DNA of 64,000 nt from Vicugna vicugna (lineage: Eukaryota). The stretch covers positions 3,499,111-3,563,110 of the forward strand of contig MU058824.1 in NCBI GenBank assembly GCA_013265495.1, in the 5' to 3' direction. Numbering within the stretch: position 1 is the first letter of the stretch; the number at the start of each line of letters is the position of its first letter. Under the pieces are notes generated by a model that ran no database searches, was not told the DNA's origin, and was given only the letters and a program-made list of their open reading frames with translations. Of this stretch, positions 52,384 through 64,000 are shown in pieces. The position numbers and the translations under genes were made by a program.

Positions 52384-55300
52384 CTACAGGCAGAAAGAAT
52401 ATATATAAAGCCAGTAGGCACTTGTTATTTTTGACAATTTGGGAAGAAACACAAAGATTTATAACCTACAATAATTTGTAAATTCTGCTGACTCATGAAT
52501 CTGAATGGCATGTTCCACAAGGCTGCTATTTGGAATCAAGTGTGTAAACTTAGTATTGGCATCTTACCATGATTTCATCACATAAATGATAAAATATTGT
52601 TTCCTTGTGAAAAACATATCCCTTATTTAAAAGTCACCTGCTAGGGCTGATTTGAACAGGTCAGTTAAAAATATCTGTTGAAAGAAAATATGTCACAAAG
52701 AAGGAACTAAGGAAACATAAGACAATATAAGGAAATTTATATTATAGTGGTATTTACTAATTTAAAATTTTACAAAGATTCCAGGATCTTTCCCTTATCT
52801 TACATTAAGAATATCTGGTTGGGCAAAGAAGCTCACTCATTTAGTCTTCCATTACTTGCATTACAAACCTAGGACATAAGTCATCAAGTCCCATTTTGAT
52901 TAAATGAAGACAATAAGCTAAATCTGCATGATATATAACCAAAATGTATTCCCAAGAACAGAGTACTACCATGCTTATCCATTAATATCTATTCAATTAT
53001 TTATAATCTTATTTTCCTAAAGTGGCTGAATTCAAATGCCCAATGTTGGCAAATATCAAGACACTAGGTATAGGGCAAGAGCAGCAATATGAGTACTACT
53101 GATTTTTTGAAGCATCATTCATTTGCATACTACTCTTTGCAATTTTAGAAGCACCTACAACTCCTTCATTTTTCAAGTATATAATAATTCTTAAAGTAGG
53201 TAGAGGTTATTACCATCTTTTTATGAATAAGTAATAAATGCACATGGTTGGGGCTTAAACATAAACCTCTGACTCCTTTTATCATGTGAAAGTCTCTGGT
53301 CATGACCATTTCCTCTTTCCTCCGCTTTTTTGAAAAAACAATTGACATTCATAATTATAAACCGGAGCGCCTCAAAATTCCAAAGAGCCTTTTGATTTTC
53401 CCCAGATAACACTAAAATTAAAGATAAAAGGTTAACATTTTTATATTTCACAATTCTTTGTAACTCAACAACAAAAGCAGTAAATAACCCTTGTCAGCCA
53501 ACTTAAAAAATTATTGTCTTAACCCAAATTTATTTATTCGGTAAAGATTTGAGTACCTACTATGGATGGTAGTTGGTATGAATATTGTTCAAATTGAAGG
53601 AAGTTGCCAGTTTTGATACAACGGCATTCACTATAATGAATAAGCCATGATTATTCTGGTTCTACTTTCTCTTCATAACTCCGATATATCTAAAATATAG
53701 TGATACACCTTCTATTAACCCACTATTATTAATGAATTCTGCTATCCATTCCAATTATTAATGTTCCAATAATACTCATATATTACTATTATTAACATAA
53801 TAAAGGAATCAAAGAAGAGAAATTTCTTATCTAAAGATGTAAGTGGACATACAATAACTCAATTTACACTTTTTAAAAATGTATGTTAACAGGATGTCTA
53901 ACTTCGTAAACAGTTTGCCTTTAAAAAGTCAACTTTAAGCTATATCAAGGAAGTAAGATGTGACTATCTATACCTGTGACTCTCGAAAACAATTTTGTTT
54001 TTAATCTTGGCTGAGATGATTACCAACAGACAGCTGTTTTATATTTCTTTTCATATTTATGTCACCTACAGTGATTCAAAGACCAAAGTGATAAGAAATC
54101 TCTGTTGGGAGTTTAATGTAAATCTTTGATGTCTATCTCCTTGGTCCCACCACATAGATGTTCACATCACACTGTCAATTTAAAAGAAAGTGCATGGAGT
54201 GTAAATTTTAAATTCATTTTTTTCAAGCTCATTCAGTTTACTATGTGTTTGGACAAATCTGTATCATGTACATAGATAAAGAGGAAGAAAAACTAGATCA
54301 GGAGAATAAAAATGATGAAGGATCATAAACTGCAATAACATTAATGTCTCTGACTTACCAAGATTCATTAAAGAAGCATATAATTAAAATTTACTTCAAC
54401 ACTGCCACCTTTATTCATAAACCCTGAAAGTCAACCTTCACCATAAGTAATAGAAACTAACAGACATATATTTCACTAGACTTAGTCATACTATGACTCT
54501 TTAAAAGAAGAACTCTGATAATATAAGGATAGCACAACCTAGTTACTATTCTTCATTTTTTTTAAAGAAATAAAGAGAAATCACATTCTCTGTTGATTTT
54601 TAATAACATAAAAGCTGAATTTTCCAATGAAGTGCTTTGTCACCATATTTGTAGACCTCCCGGAATCCTATACCTTATGACTATGACATCAGCATGCTTG
54701 TTCTAAATTTCGCTAGATTCATTCATTTTTTTTTTTTTTGGTGATGAAAGATTTTACTTATGGAAGTGACTATAAGTTGTCTAAAATAAAAATGACTCAG
54801 CCATACTATAAGATGAAAAAGGAAACAACTATAAATTTGAGATTTTTCTGTTAATACTCTGAAATTAATTGAGTATGATCTTTTAAAAAGAAGTATTAAA
54901 GATTTTGATAAAAGTCTGACTCCACTTCTAACAGACCAATAAATTTTGTTTCAGATTACCTTTTTTTACAAAATATTTCTGTTGGTGATTATTAACTCTG
55001 AAACATCAATGTTTGTATTATAATATGGTATTAGGTTTGTCTTCACTCAATTTTATACCAACAGGTGGGTAAGAGGTATTAAGCCAAAATCAGCTCTGGC
55101 TAGAATAAAGCTAACTTAAGTTTGGTTGACTAGTAATCTAAACTTAAAAACTTATTTGCAAGGCTATTATTATTACTTCATCTTGATTTTAGTTACACTT
55201 CAAATTTCACTTTTACACTAAATAGAAATCTCTATGCATTTTTCTCTAACGAGTGCAGGAGATTATTATTTTTATATTTTGTATGTAACTATAACCAATT

Positions 55301-57249
55301 TTTTAAAAATCCAGATAACAAGAAAGGATGAAATTAAAGAATTCCAAAATTGGCTATTAAAATCATATTCAGAGTATATTAAATTAAGACCAATGATTGT
55401 TACGCTATTTGGCTCTGGCTCATTTGGGATGCATATTTTTACCTTTGCCTTTGGCAAAAAAATTAAAGATAGATTTCATAAATATTTGGAAGCTCTTGGT
55501 CACAATTTTTCACTCAAGGTTACATTTATTGTTTTCAGATAAACACCTCAACATATTTTTTTTATAAGTTACATAAAACCATGAAGGGGAGAAAAACCTA
55601 TCCGTCTTGGATATACTGGGGTATTTTCAGAGGAATGGAAAATCAACTTCAGTCTCTTCAAATGAAAAATATTAGATCTACTTCTGTAAATCCAACTTAT
55701 TTGCAAAAATTTAAACTATTTGATATAGTTTATGCCAAACTATAACAGACATATTATTAAATAACTATAGGCTTTTAGAAGCAGATTTTAGAAATTACAA
55801 ATATAAATAAATCTATGTTTTATAGGCACGGCAAGAACAAAGGGAGGAAAACAGAAAAATTGAATTAAAAACACTAATGTAAACTAATACTGCTTACATA
55901 TGAACATCAAGATGCCAAGGGACCCAATACAATCCTCAGTCTAACATTTTCAATGGCACAGACTAGTGATCACACGATACTGGTGATACTCTCTAGTTAC
56001 CCCTGGCAACCTTTCTCAACTGTAACGATGCTACCCTACAATAGCTTTCACTGGGCAGCTTTCTCTTCACTTAGCTGAATGCTCTGGGACCATCTGCGTC
56101 GGCAAGCATAAAAGGCCAGCCTGCCTGTGGGCCCGTCACTCTGAACACCACCTCTCTGACCCTGATTAAATACAACTTTCAATCCTTTTTGTCCTCCCTG
56201 TTGACTTCTCCTATTAAGGGAGCCCTTTGACAAAGAAAGCGGAAGAGTGGACTAACTGCCCCCAAGAAAGGTGATGTCTGATACTGCTCAACACAAGGAT
56301 TAGCAAGCCAATACATAACAAAAGCAAGTTTGGGGGGGAGGGGAGAGGTAAAGAAAAAAATGGTTTTAGCTAGAGCTTTGACTAATTCAGTAGGTACACA
56401 ATTCAACAAATAGCTATACAAGAGTCCTTCTTTGAAAGAAATAACTATAGCAGAACAATAATTTGGAGAGATACCTTTCAACATCTTGACACAAGGCCAC
56501 GACATTCACAAAAACACCAGATATTTGTTTTCTATTTGATTTTTTTTAATTAAAAAAGAAAAGTTGGAGTTGAAGACAGGAAAGATGGAGGAAAAATGAG
56601 AAACAAAGAGACAATGCAAAAAGTCATACTTGTAATTTACTGTCTCATTAGAAAACATGAAATGCATTAAACTGACATTAGAATAATTATTCAAATATTT
56701 AAGTAAATATTTAAATAAAGGTGGAAAATTGCAACATTCTACAAAGAATCATTTCTGTAACTTATATCTAGACTGAAAGAACTTCCAATTTAAAAGGATT
56801 GTTTCACAGGATAAGGTGCTTTAATACAAAGAATTCATTCTAAAATTTCTAGGCAAAAGAAGGCTTGTGAATATGATCTACAGTTCCTTAAGGTCATCAG
56901 TACCTACCAATAGGGCAGCAGAACAAAGTCACTACTTTCAATAATACCATCACTTTACCAAGTAACTCATAAGCCTCCTGCCCCCTAATCAGGCTAACCA
57001 ACAAAGGAAGGGTCTGGTGGGCTCAGTCAACAAAGCAACTGAATAATGCGACCTCATAACATGCCTGGAAACAAATAGACAAACACACACACACATACAA
57101 CCTAAGGAACTTTATTTAGGTCTACTAAAAAGTATAACCTATAAAGTAAAACTTGATCACACTTACTCAAAGAATGGCCAATAAACCTAGAAAAGTCAAA
57201 TGGGGGGAGGCAGGGAGAAAGAGGGACTAGGAGGGAGATGGGGGGGTGG

Positions 57250-57328
57250 AAAGGTTCCTAGGACACGTGGAACTATCAGTGCTAAAACTGACAAAATCCT
57301 GGAAAAACCAGGAGGAAGTGGTCACCCT
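57250..57328. mobile_element. MER81-like hAT-Blackjack fragment
   Basis: ggacacgtggaactatcagtgctaaaactg...ggaaaaaccagga..gtggtcaccct. Confidence 0.65.
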
Positions 57329-59631
57329 CTGGAAGGAAGCCACATACACTGGGAAACTATTAGGTACTAATAAGTACTGTGCCAGATTCTTGCACAGATC
57401 TTAACTCATTTAATCTTCATTAGAATGCTATGAGGAAAGAATTTTTTTAATGAAGAAGTCTAACTGAGGATAATTAATCTCAACAAGGCTGCACTATTTA
57501 GATTAATCATATGAATAAAGGGTGGCATTTGAGCTGATAACTAAACGCTTTAGAAAATCTGTAGACAAAAACTTTCCTGCTCTGCTGGGAACAAAACCTT
57601 ATTGCTAGACTTTCTGGTTTACTGGAGCTCGGAATTGATCCTATAGAGAATGAGGTAAATTGTGTATCTGGTACAGAGTACCAGGGTAGAGAATGGTTAG
57701 AGGTAGAGAATGATTAAAAATTTGCTACAGAGAAGGGTTCAGATACAATACTGGAAGGAGGGTACCATTTTCCCTTTCCAGGGTTCTCTGATGTCTCCAA
57801 TAGTTCCCACTGTCAAGATACTCAACATACTGTCACTACAGTCAATGGGATGTTGGTATCAACTTGGCTGAAGGTCCACAGATCACTCTCCTGTTCAAGA
57901 GGCCACTCTATCAGGCATATATGTCAGGGCAGTTTTCTGCTAATGAATATAAGTGAGTTAATGTACTCAGACAATCCAATATCTGGATCAAATTACAAGT
58001 GTTTGGATAGGTGAAAGAAGGCAAATCTACAATCTTCCTCCTTGTTATTGCTGTTAGCTCTTGATGAGCACATGCCTTCTATATGCCATGTATCAGGCCC
58101 TGGAAAGCAAACCATGGTACTACCTTTGAAGCTTTATACTATAGGGGAAGTGGAAAGTTTCAGACACAAAACAAACAAAAAACCCCAGAAACGATAAAGA
58201 AAAGCCACATTCTATAACATATCAAAAGTTACATGAGCTCAGTGAATGGAAAATACAGAGGAGGAAGAGGGAGTCCAACAGAACTTGAGAAAAGGATAGA
58301 ACTCCGGTAACCAGAGAAGAAAATGGAAAACAATCTAAATTGGTGGAAAGCAAACCAGTGGGTAGTCCAACTAGAAATCAAGGAAATATTGAGGAATTAA
58401 ATAAATCAGAGCTAAAATTTATTCTTTAGGCAATTTATTCTTTAGAGTAGGAAAAAATGTACTCACGCAATGTTTTAAAAGATTAACCTGGCAACGATAA
58501 CTGTAGAAACAGAATAGTAGTACAGATAACAGACTCTATACTCACAAAACTATTTCTCAAAAATCTTTAACATAGATTTCTTTTTGAGTCTCTGATTTTC
58601 ACATTCTATCCTAAACACACATAAAATTACTCCAGGTAAACACTGAAGGCAAGATGGCTCCACAGTTTATTAGCTATATGATCCAATGATTCAGAATATA
58701 CTTTATCTAAACTCAAATAGTAAGAGCCTCACCATAATTTCAATATAAGTCTGACCAAAAAAAAAAAAAAAAGGATGGGGGGAGGGATGGCCATGTAATA
58801 GAAGACTCACATTAACAAAAGCTAATAAGCAGAAATTTTGTTGGTGTAACAGTCTCCCTGCCTCTCCCATTAGCCCACTCCTCAAAAAAGTAGATGCACA
58901 GAAGACTCAGGGGAGGGACTCTGGTGGGAGGAACTGACCAAGAGACCTACGGGAAAGGATAATATTCAAGGATATGGGTAGACTATGGTCTACACCAAAG
59001 GAACCAAAGAAGGTAAGATACATACACGAATAACTGAAATAACAGTGACATCTACTATAAAAATTTATATCATCACTAGTTGAAGTAGAGAAAACTTTAC
59101 AAAGGAAGTATCAATTGAGCTGGTTTGGAAGGCTGATTAATTTGAATTCTGGCAGACTGAGATGAGACAAGCATTCCAGGTAGAGAAATATGAACAGCCA
59201 AAGCAGTAAAATTTGAAAAGTATTCAGTATGTGACTATAATCAAGCACTCATAACAAGCTTTTACTTGAGTTATGACATGCTTGTTGAGTCCATCATGGT
59301 GTCTTAGTAGAGTCAGATGAAGGTATCTGACTGTCTTGCTATATGCAGTTGGTATTCAATAAAAGGTTGTTTTCTTCCTTTCATTGAACATTCTTCCCAG
59401 TGGCTTCTAAGCACTTAGAAGGGATCAGAGATCCCTGGTTCCTCAAGACTGCTATTAGAAAATCTGGATCAACTGCAGATGCAAAGTCCAAAAGAGTATA
59501 AAGAAAATTTTTGGTTTAACTTCTGAAATAATACAGCAATCTCTTCTGAGACATTTCAGGTAGGAAAATAAGAGTGCAGCAACATTATTTAAATTTTAAA
59601 CTATTTAAATTTGTAAACAGACAAATCATCT

Positions 59632-59800
59632 AGAGGTGATATGGTATAATAGGAAAAGCATTAGATATGAAACGTCACCTTTGGGAACCTATTTCCTCAA
59701 ACATAAAATTGGGTTAATACCTGTTCTGATTACCTCCTCTGAGACCTGTGAGGGTTATATGAAAAAAAAAATGGTAGCACTATACAAACATATTATACTA
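59632..59800 (+). mobile_element. MIR
   Basis: cctatttcctcaaacataaaattgggttaatacctg...tgtgagggtta. Confidence 0.6.
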
Positions 59801-60899
59801 ATGTTTATGCTGGTGTATGCACATCGTAACACTAAAAACTAATTTTTAATAGATTCATACCTACAGAAAAGAGTTGAGAACAAAGTTTTTTTTTCTCATA
59901 AAACTGCAGAATTTCTCAGGCTAATAACTTACTGTCAAGCAAAGTAATGAAGAAAATATAAAATATGTTCTGTTTCCAGCTTTATTTTTAAACAAAATTG
60001 GGCCAATGGCTTTAAAGTCTTAATGTCCTTAACTGCTACCTTGGAAATCATTTTTAGAAACAGAACAATACACTGGTGCAGATACTATTGCAACTAGAAC
60101 ACTTTCAGGCACATAATAGGCATTCAAGTTTCTGATAAATTGAATAAATAAAACATTGTTTAATCTTTATCTAAGTATACTTAAATGCAGAAATGTCATC
60201 CCTACTTCACTGAAATTTTTTTTACCCACTTCTCTCTACCCTGGTCCCTTTCCAACATTTTAATTAAACACTACTAGTGAGCAGTAAGACTTTGAGAAAG
60301 TTACTTGATATCACTAGTTTTCTTAACTGGAAAAGAGCAAAAATATTACCTACCTACATTCACAAGATTGTGAAGTGAGGTATGAAGTTATAAAGGATTA
60401 AATGAACTAAAGAACATATCAATACATAAAGTACATATAGAATACATAAAATACATGTAAAATACAGTGCCTAACACAGAACAGATAGGTCTCTTTCCTT
60501 CTGTATTCTGAAATCACCAACAAAGGAATTAAGTCAAATTTTATTTATAGAAAATAACATTATAGCAAAAAGTTCACTGTAACAAATTACTTTCCTACCC
60601 TATATGATGGTCAACACTGGTCCACCATTTACTACACCAGTTTTACAGCACCATGGCAATGTACTGAGTAAATGTACTCTCCATTACATTAAATAATATC
60701 CTATATATTGGTATAGTACAGTAAATATTTCATAATATATTTACATCTGTCTTTTGCACAGCCACAGTAACACAATGAATTGGGCAACAAAGCATTATCA
60801 CATGTTGATGCCAAAGATGAAGAAACTGGGGTACTGAGAGAGCAAATGATTTTTCTAAGGTTATCAGCTGGCTCACCAATGATAGAGCCAAAATAACAT

Positions 60900-61630
60900 T
60901 TAACACCTCTCATTCTATAGGAAGCACAACTTTTATTCTTCCCTTTCTCAAACCTGATCCTCCTCTACTATTCATTATTTAGAGGAATGGTAGCCCTACC
61001 TCTCACTTATTCTAAAAAGCAAACAGTCTCCTTCTGACCTTACTCTTACCTGCCCAATCCTGTTATTCTCTGTTCTTCTGCCAAACTGACCTTCCTAAAT
61101 TGCAAATTTGATCATGTCATTATCTTACTAAAAATCCCTTCTAAAGATGCTAAAGTTTTCTGACCACATTTATAAGACCCTTCATAATCTGATCCTAACT
61201 TACCACTCTAGACTAATCTCTCAACCATTTTCGATCACCCTCACATTATGCTCCAGCCATACCTATTACACATAAATCTTTGAACAAACCAGTAGCAGTT
61301 GGGCTATATACTTGCTATTCTTGGAAACTGCAACCCTCTCCCCTGCTCCATGCCCAAATCCATTTAGTTTACTTTTAGTTATCCTTCAGTTCTTGTTTCA
61401 GTTTTCCTCCAGGAAGTCTTATTTTATCTCCCAAAACTGAAACAGCAATTATTCTTATGTGCCCATATGATGTCCTGTATTTACATCTATCAAGGCACTT
61501 ATCTTTTTGTACCATGAGTACTCATTTGTGTCTAACTCCTTGCCCAACTATGAGTTAGCCACTTGAAGGCAATATCACAGCTTAACCATGCCCACCACAC
61601 TGGTAGGTATGCCATAATTTGCTGAACTGA
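60900..61630 (+). mobile_element. Degenerate L2
   Basis: tgaccttcctaaattgcaaatttgatcatgtca; aagacccttcataatctg; ttcctccaggaagtctt; ttgctgaactga end. Confidence 0.7.
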
Positions 61631-62947
61631 CTTTGGTTCACCATTATATGTCTTCCAAGAAAATATCTGCTTATTTAAAAATTTACTTCTGTATTTTAAA
61701 TTATAGTTTCAACTGTTAGTATGTCAAATCCTCTCTTCTGCTTATTTCAACTTGCTAATTTGTAAAAATAGCTACTTCTGTAAAACATTAGAAGGCAAAA
61801 TACTGAACACTGAAGAAGAGCTAGGTATTCTATACAAGAATTTCAAGAAGGGGATGAAAATCTGAAACCACTGGTTTATTTAATTGAGCTGCTGATATTT
61901 GTATTTAAGTCACTATGCCAAATATAAAACAAACTTATCTACCATGCATTCATAATCTGACTTAGTATTGTTGTGTCTGAAAGTGATCCTTTTCTTCTAA
62001 AAAGTTGGCTTAATTTTGACTTTTCTGTCTTAAAAACTAATTTGCTTTCTAGAATAATACATCTCTAATTTCATACTGTAAAATAACTGAGAAAACAAGG
62101 TTTGTTATTTCAGGAATTTGACGTACCTATTTGCTATATCAAACAGGGTTTGATTCACCTTACAGAAGACTTTTTTCGTAAGTGAGATATATCTATCATG
62201 TTTTGGTGAGTTCTAACTGGGAAATTAGCTATTATAAATTATTCAATGGAACAAATGCTTTCCCCCATCCCCTTCCCTCACTACTCACTAAAAGAAAAAA
62301 AAGAAAAACCCAACACTGGATTGTATTCCACAATGAATATATATGAAAAAAACATAGTGGTCCTCACTGATCAATCATGGTAGAACCCTCATGGCACAGT
62401 CACCACAGCTAACAAGCAGAGCAAAACATCGCCACACCTTCTATTAAAGAAAAGAAAAAAGAGAAAATGCTAAGATTAGTTAGGTTTTAGGAAGGAAAAA
62501 AATCTTGAAAAAAATAATTGACTATCATTCATTACCTCTTAATATGTGGAGATTAAAGTTCTCCCTCACTTTTCAAGAAGTTTATTATAAACGAAATCAT
62601 GTTCAAATACATTAATATTTGCCTTTTAAAGAACTCATATGGATAAACTACTTTAAAAGTAATCTTTAAAAAAATAAACTCACTTATAAATTGAGCTATT
62701 AAAAAAAACAAAACACCATGCCTAAAATAAAATACAACTGTTATTACATCATAATGTATTTTGTAAAAAAAAAAAAACAGGTTGTAATAAGAAATGTATC
62801 TATTAAAAAAACTATGGGTTGGGGCAGCCTATTTTTTAAAGACATTCTAGCACAATGGAAGTTAGCCTTCTTAGAGTTCACTCCACAAGTACTCTACCTG
62901 TACCACAAAGAAGCTCAGGCTACCTCTGCAAAATAGCTAGTATAAGA

Positions 62948-63004
62948 AGCAAAAAAACTAAGATTGTAAGTCAAGCTGAGCAAAAAAACTAAGATTGTAA
63001 GTCA
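62948..63004. repeat. Perfect 26-bp direct duplication with 5-bp spacer
   Basis: agcaaaaaaactaagattgtaagtca-agctg-agcaaaaaaactaagattgtaagtca. Confidence 0.95.
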
Positions 63005-64000
63005 TATGGCACAACAAAGCACCACTGGGAGACAATAAGCATACCTAAAAATGCTTGATTTTTAACATACTGCAAAATGAATACAGTGACAATTAAGATG
63101 TGCAGGATAGAACGTTTGGAGACACAGAAGATAAAGTTTATAGTCATGTTCCTACATTACACAGTTTTATGGCAAACTGTTCATACTATGTAAAAATCCA
63201 GCCTACAGTACGATTCTCTTTGTGAATTAACTAATGAAAATACTGAAAGCCTAGCTAGACTAGTTAATGTTTTCATTTGAACTCTGATCAACACTTAGTT
63301 GATACAGTTGTACAGTAGAGACTGAAAAGCATTTCAGTAGCCAATCTGGACAATTTTTCTGTTGTTGTTGCTTTCCAATCAACCATGTCTGCAAAGAAAG
63401 CAGGCTATCTCTGCTATACAGTCCACAGTGCAGTCTGAATAGTTGTCCCACGGCTTTATAAGTATGTAGTATGTGTGTATATAAATTCGGTTTTAACCCT
63501 GAGAGCATGAATCTTGAACACTGCATAGTGTTTTCTATGACACTTATGATTTACTAATGAACTACAAAATGGTAGTTTTAAAAACTGAGCAAAGGAGGAA
63601 ACAATGTTCATATTCCTTCTAAAATAAGCTCATTTTAATAAGCAAGTAATATTCTGCCAAAGAAAAATAGCTGGATTAAAGACAGTCCAAAGTACATATA
63701 GTCAGCAATATACAGTGCTGAAATAATTTCGTAGGGTGAGAATGGTCAGATGATCTGCCAGTTTTACACAAAGGTTTAGAATTTTCTAAGGAAGGCCTGT
63801 TAAAATCTTAAAATCTGTTTTTACATCATGCTTACATTTTATGAGGTAGACCTATGACATCAAGATGAAAACAAATATATATAAATTTCAAATGGATTAC
63901 TCATCCATTCCTTAAAAGCTGTATTAATTGTATGTAATGACCTTCACTCAGAAATAATTCTAAATTTTCTACTATAATTCTTCCCCATGTTTTGGCTGAA

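Larger units (their letters stand above)
13868..64000 (-). other. ZCCHC7: Very large upstream intron of ZCCHC7 (partial)
   Basis: No further ZCCHC7-like coding exon recognised. Human ZCCHC7 is known to have a very long intron before this exon cluster. Confidence 0.8.

Noticed and set aside
59311..59332. 8-bp inverted repeat agtcagat...atctgact
   Set aside because: Stem length expected by chance in 64 kb.

Overview
AT-rich, CpG-depleted mammalian genomic DNA, most likely camelid: it carries two tRNA-derived Vic-type SINEs and cetartiodactyl-type L1 3' ends. The whole window lies inside ZCCHC7 (Air1/Air2-like zinc-knuckle subunit of the nucleolar TRAMP-like complex, neighbour of PAX5), transcribed on the minus strand. 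Three internal coding exons (44, 126 and 171 nt; 13867-11369) have canonical AG/GT ends and splice in frame. Everything else is intron: old L1, L2, MIR, LTR and DNA-transposon relics, plus repeat-poor stretches that may be enhancers. The other ORFs in the track are chance ORFs or repeat-derived. I found no convincing new biological system. The most interesting signals are a perfect 21-bp hairpin, a B-cell-type motif cluster, a 5'-inverted L1 with a nested Tigger element, two minimal TPRT insertions, and a possible MTR4-binding motif in the 44-nt exon. Repeat family names come from recalled consensus sequences and their boundaries are approximate.
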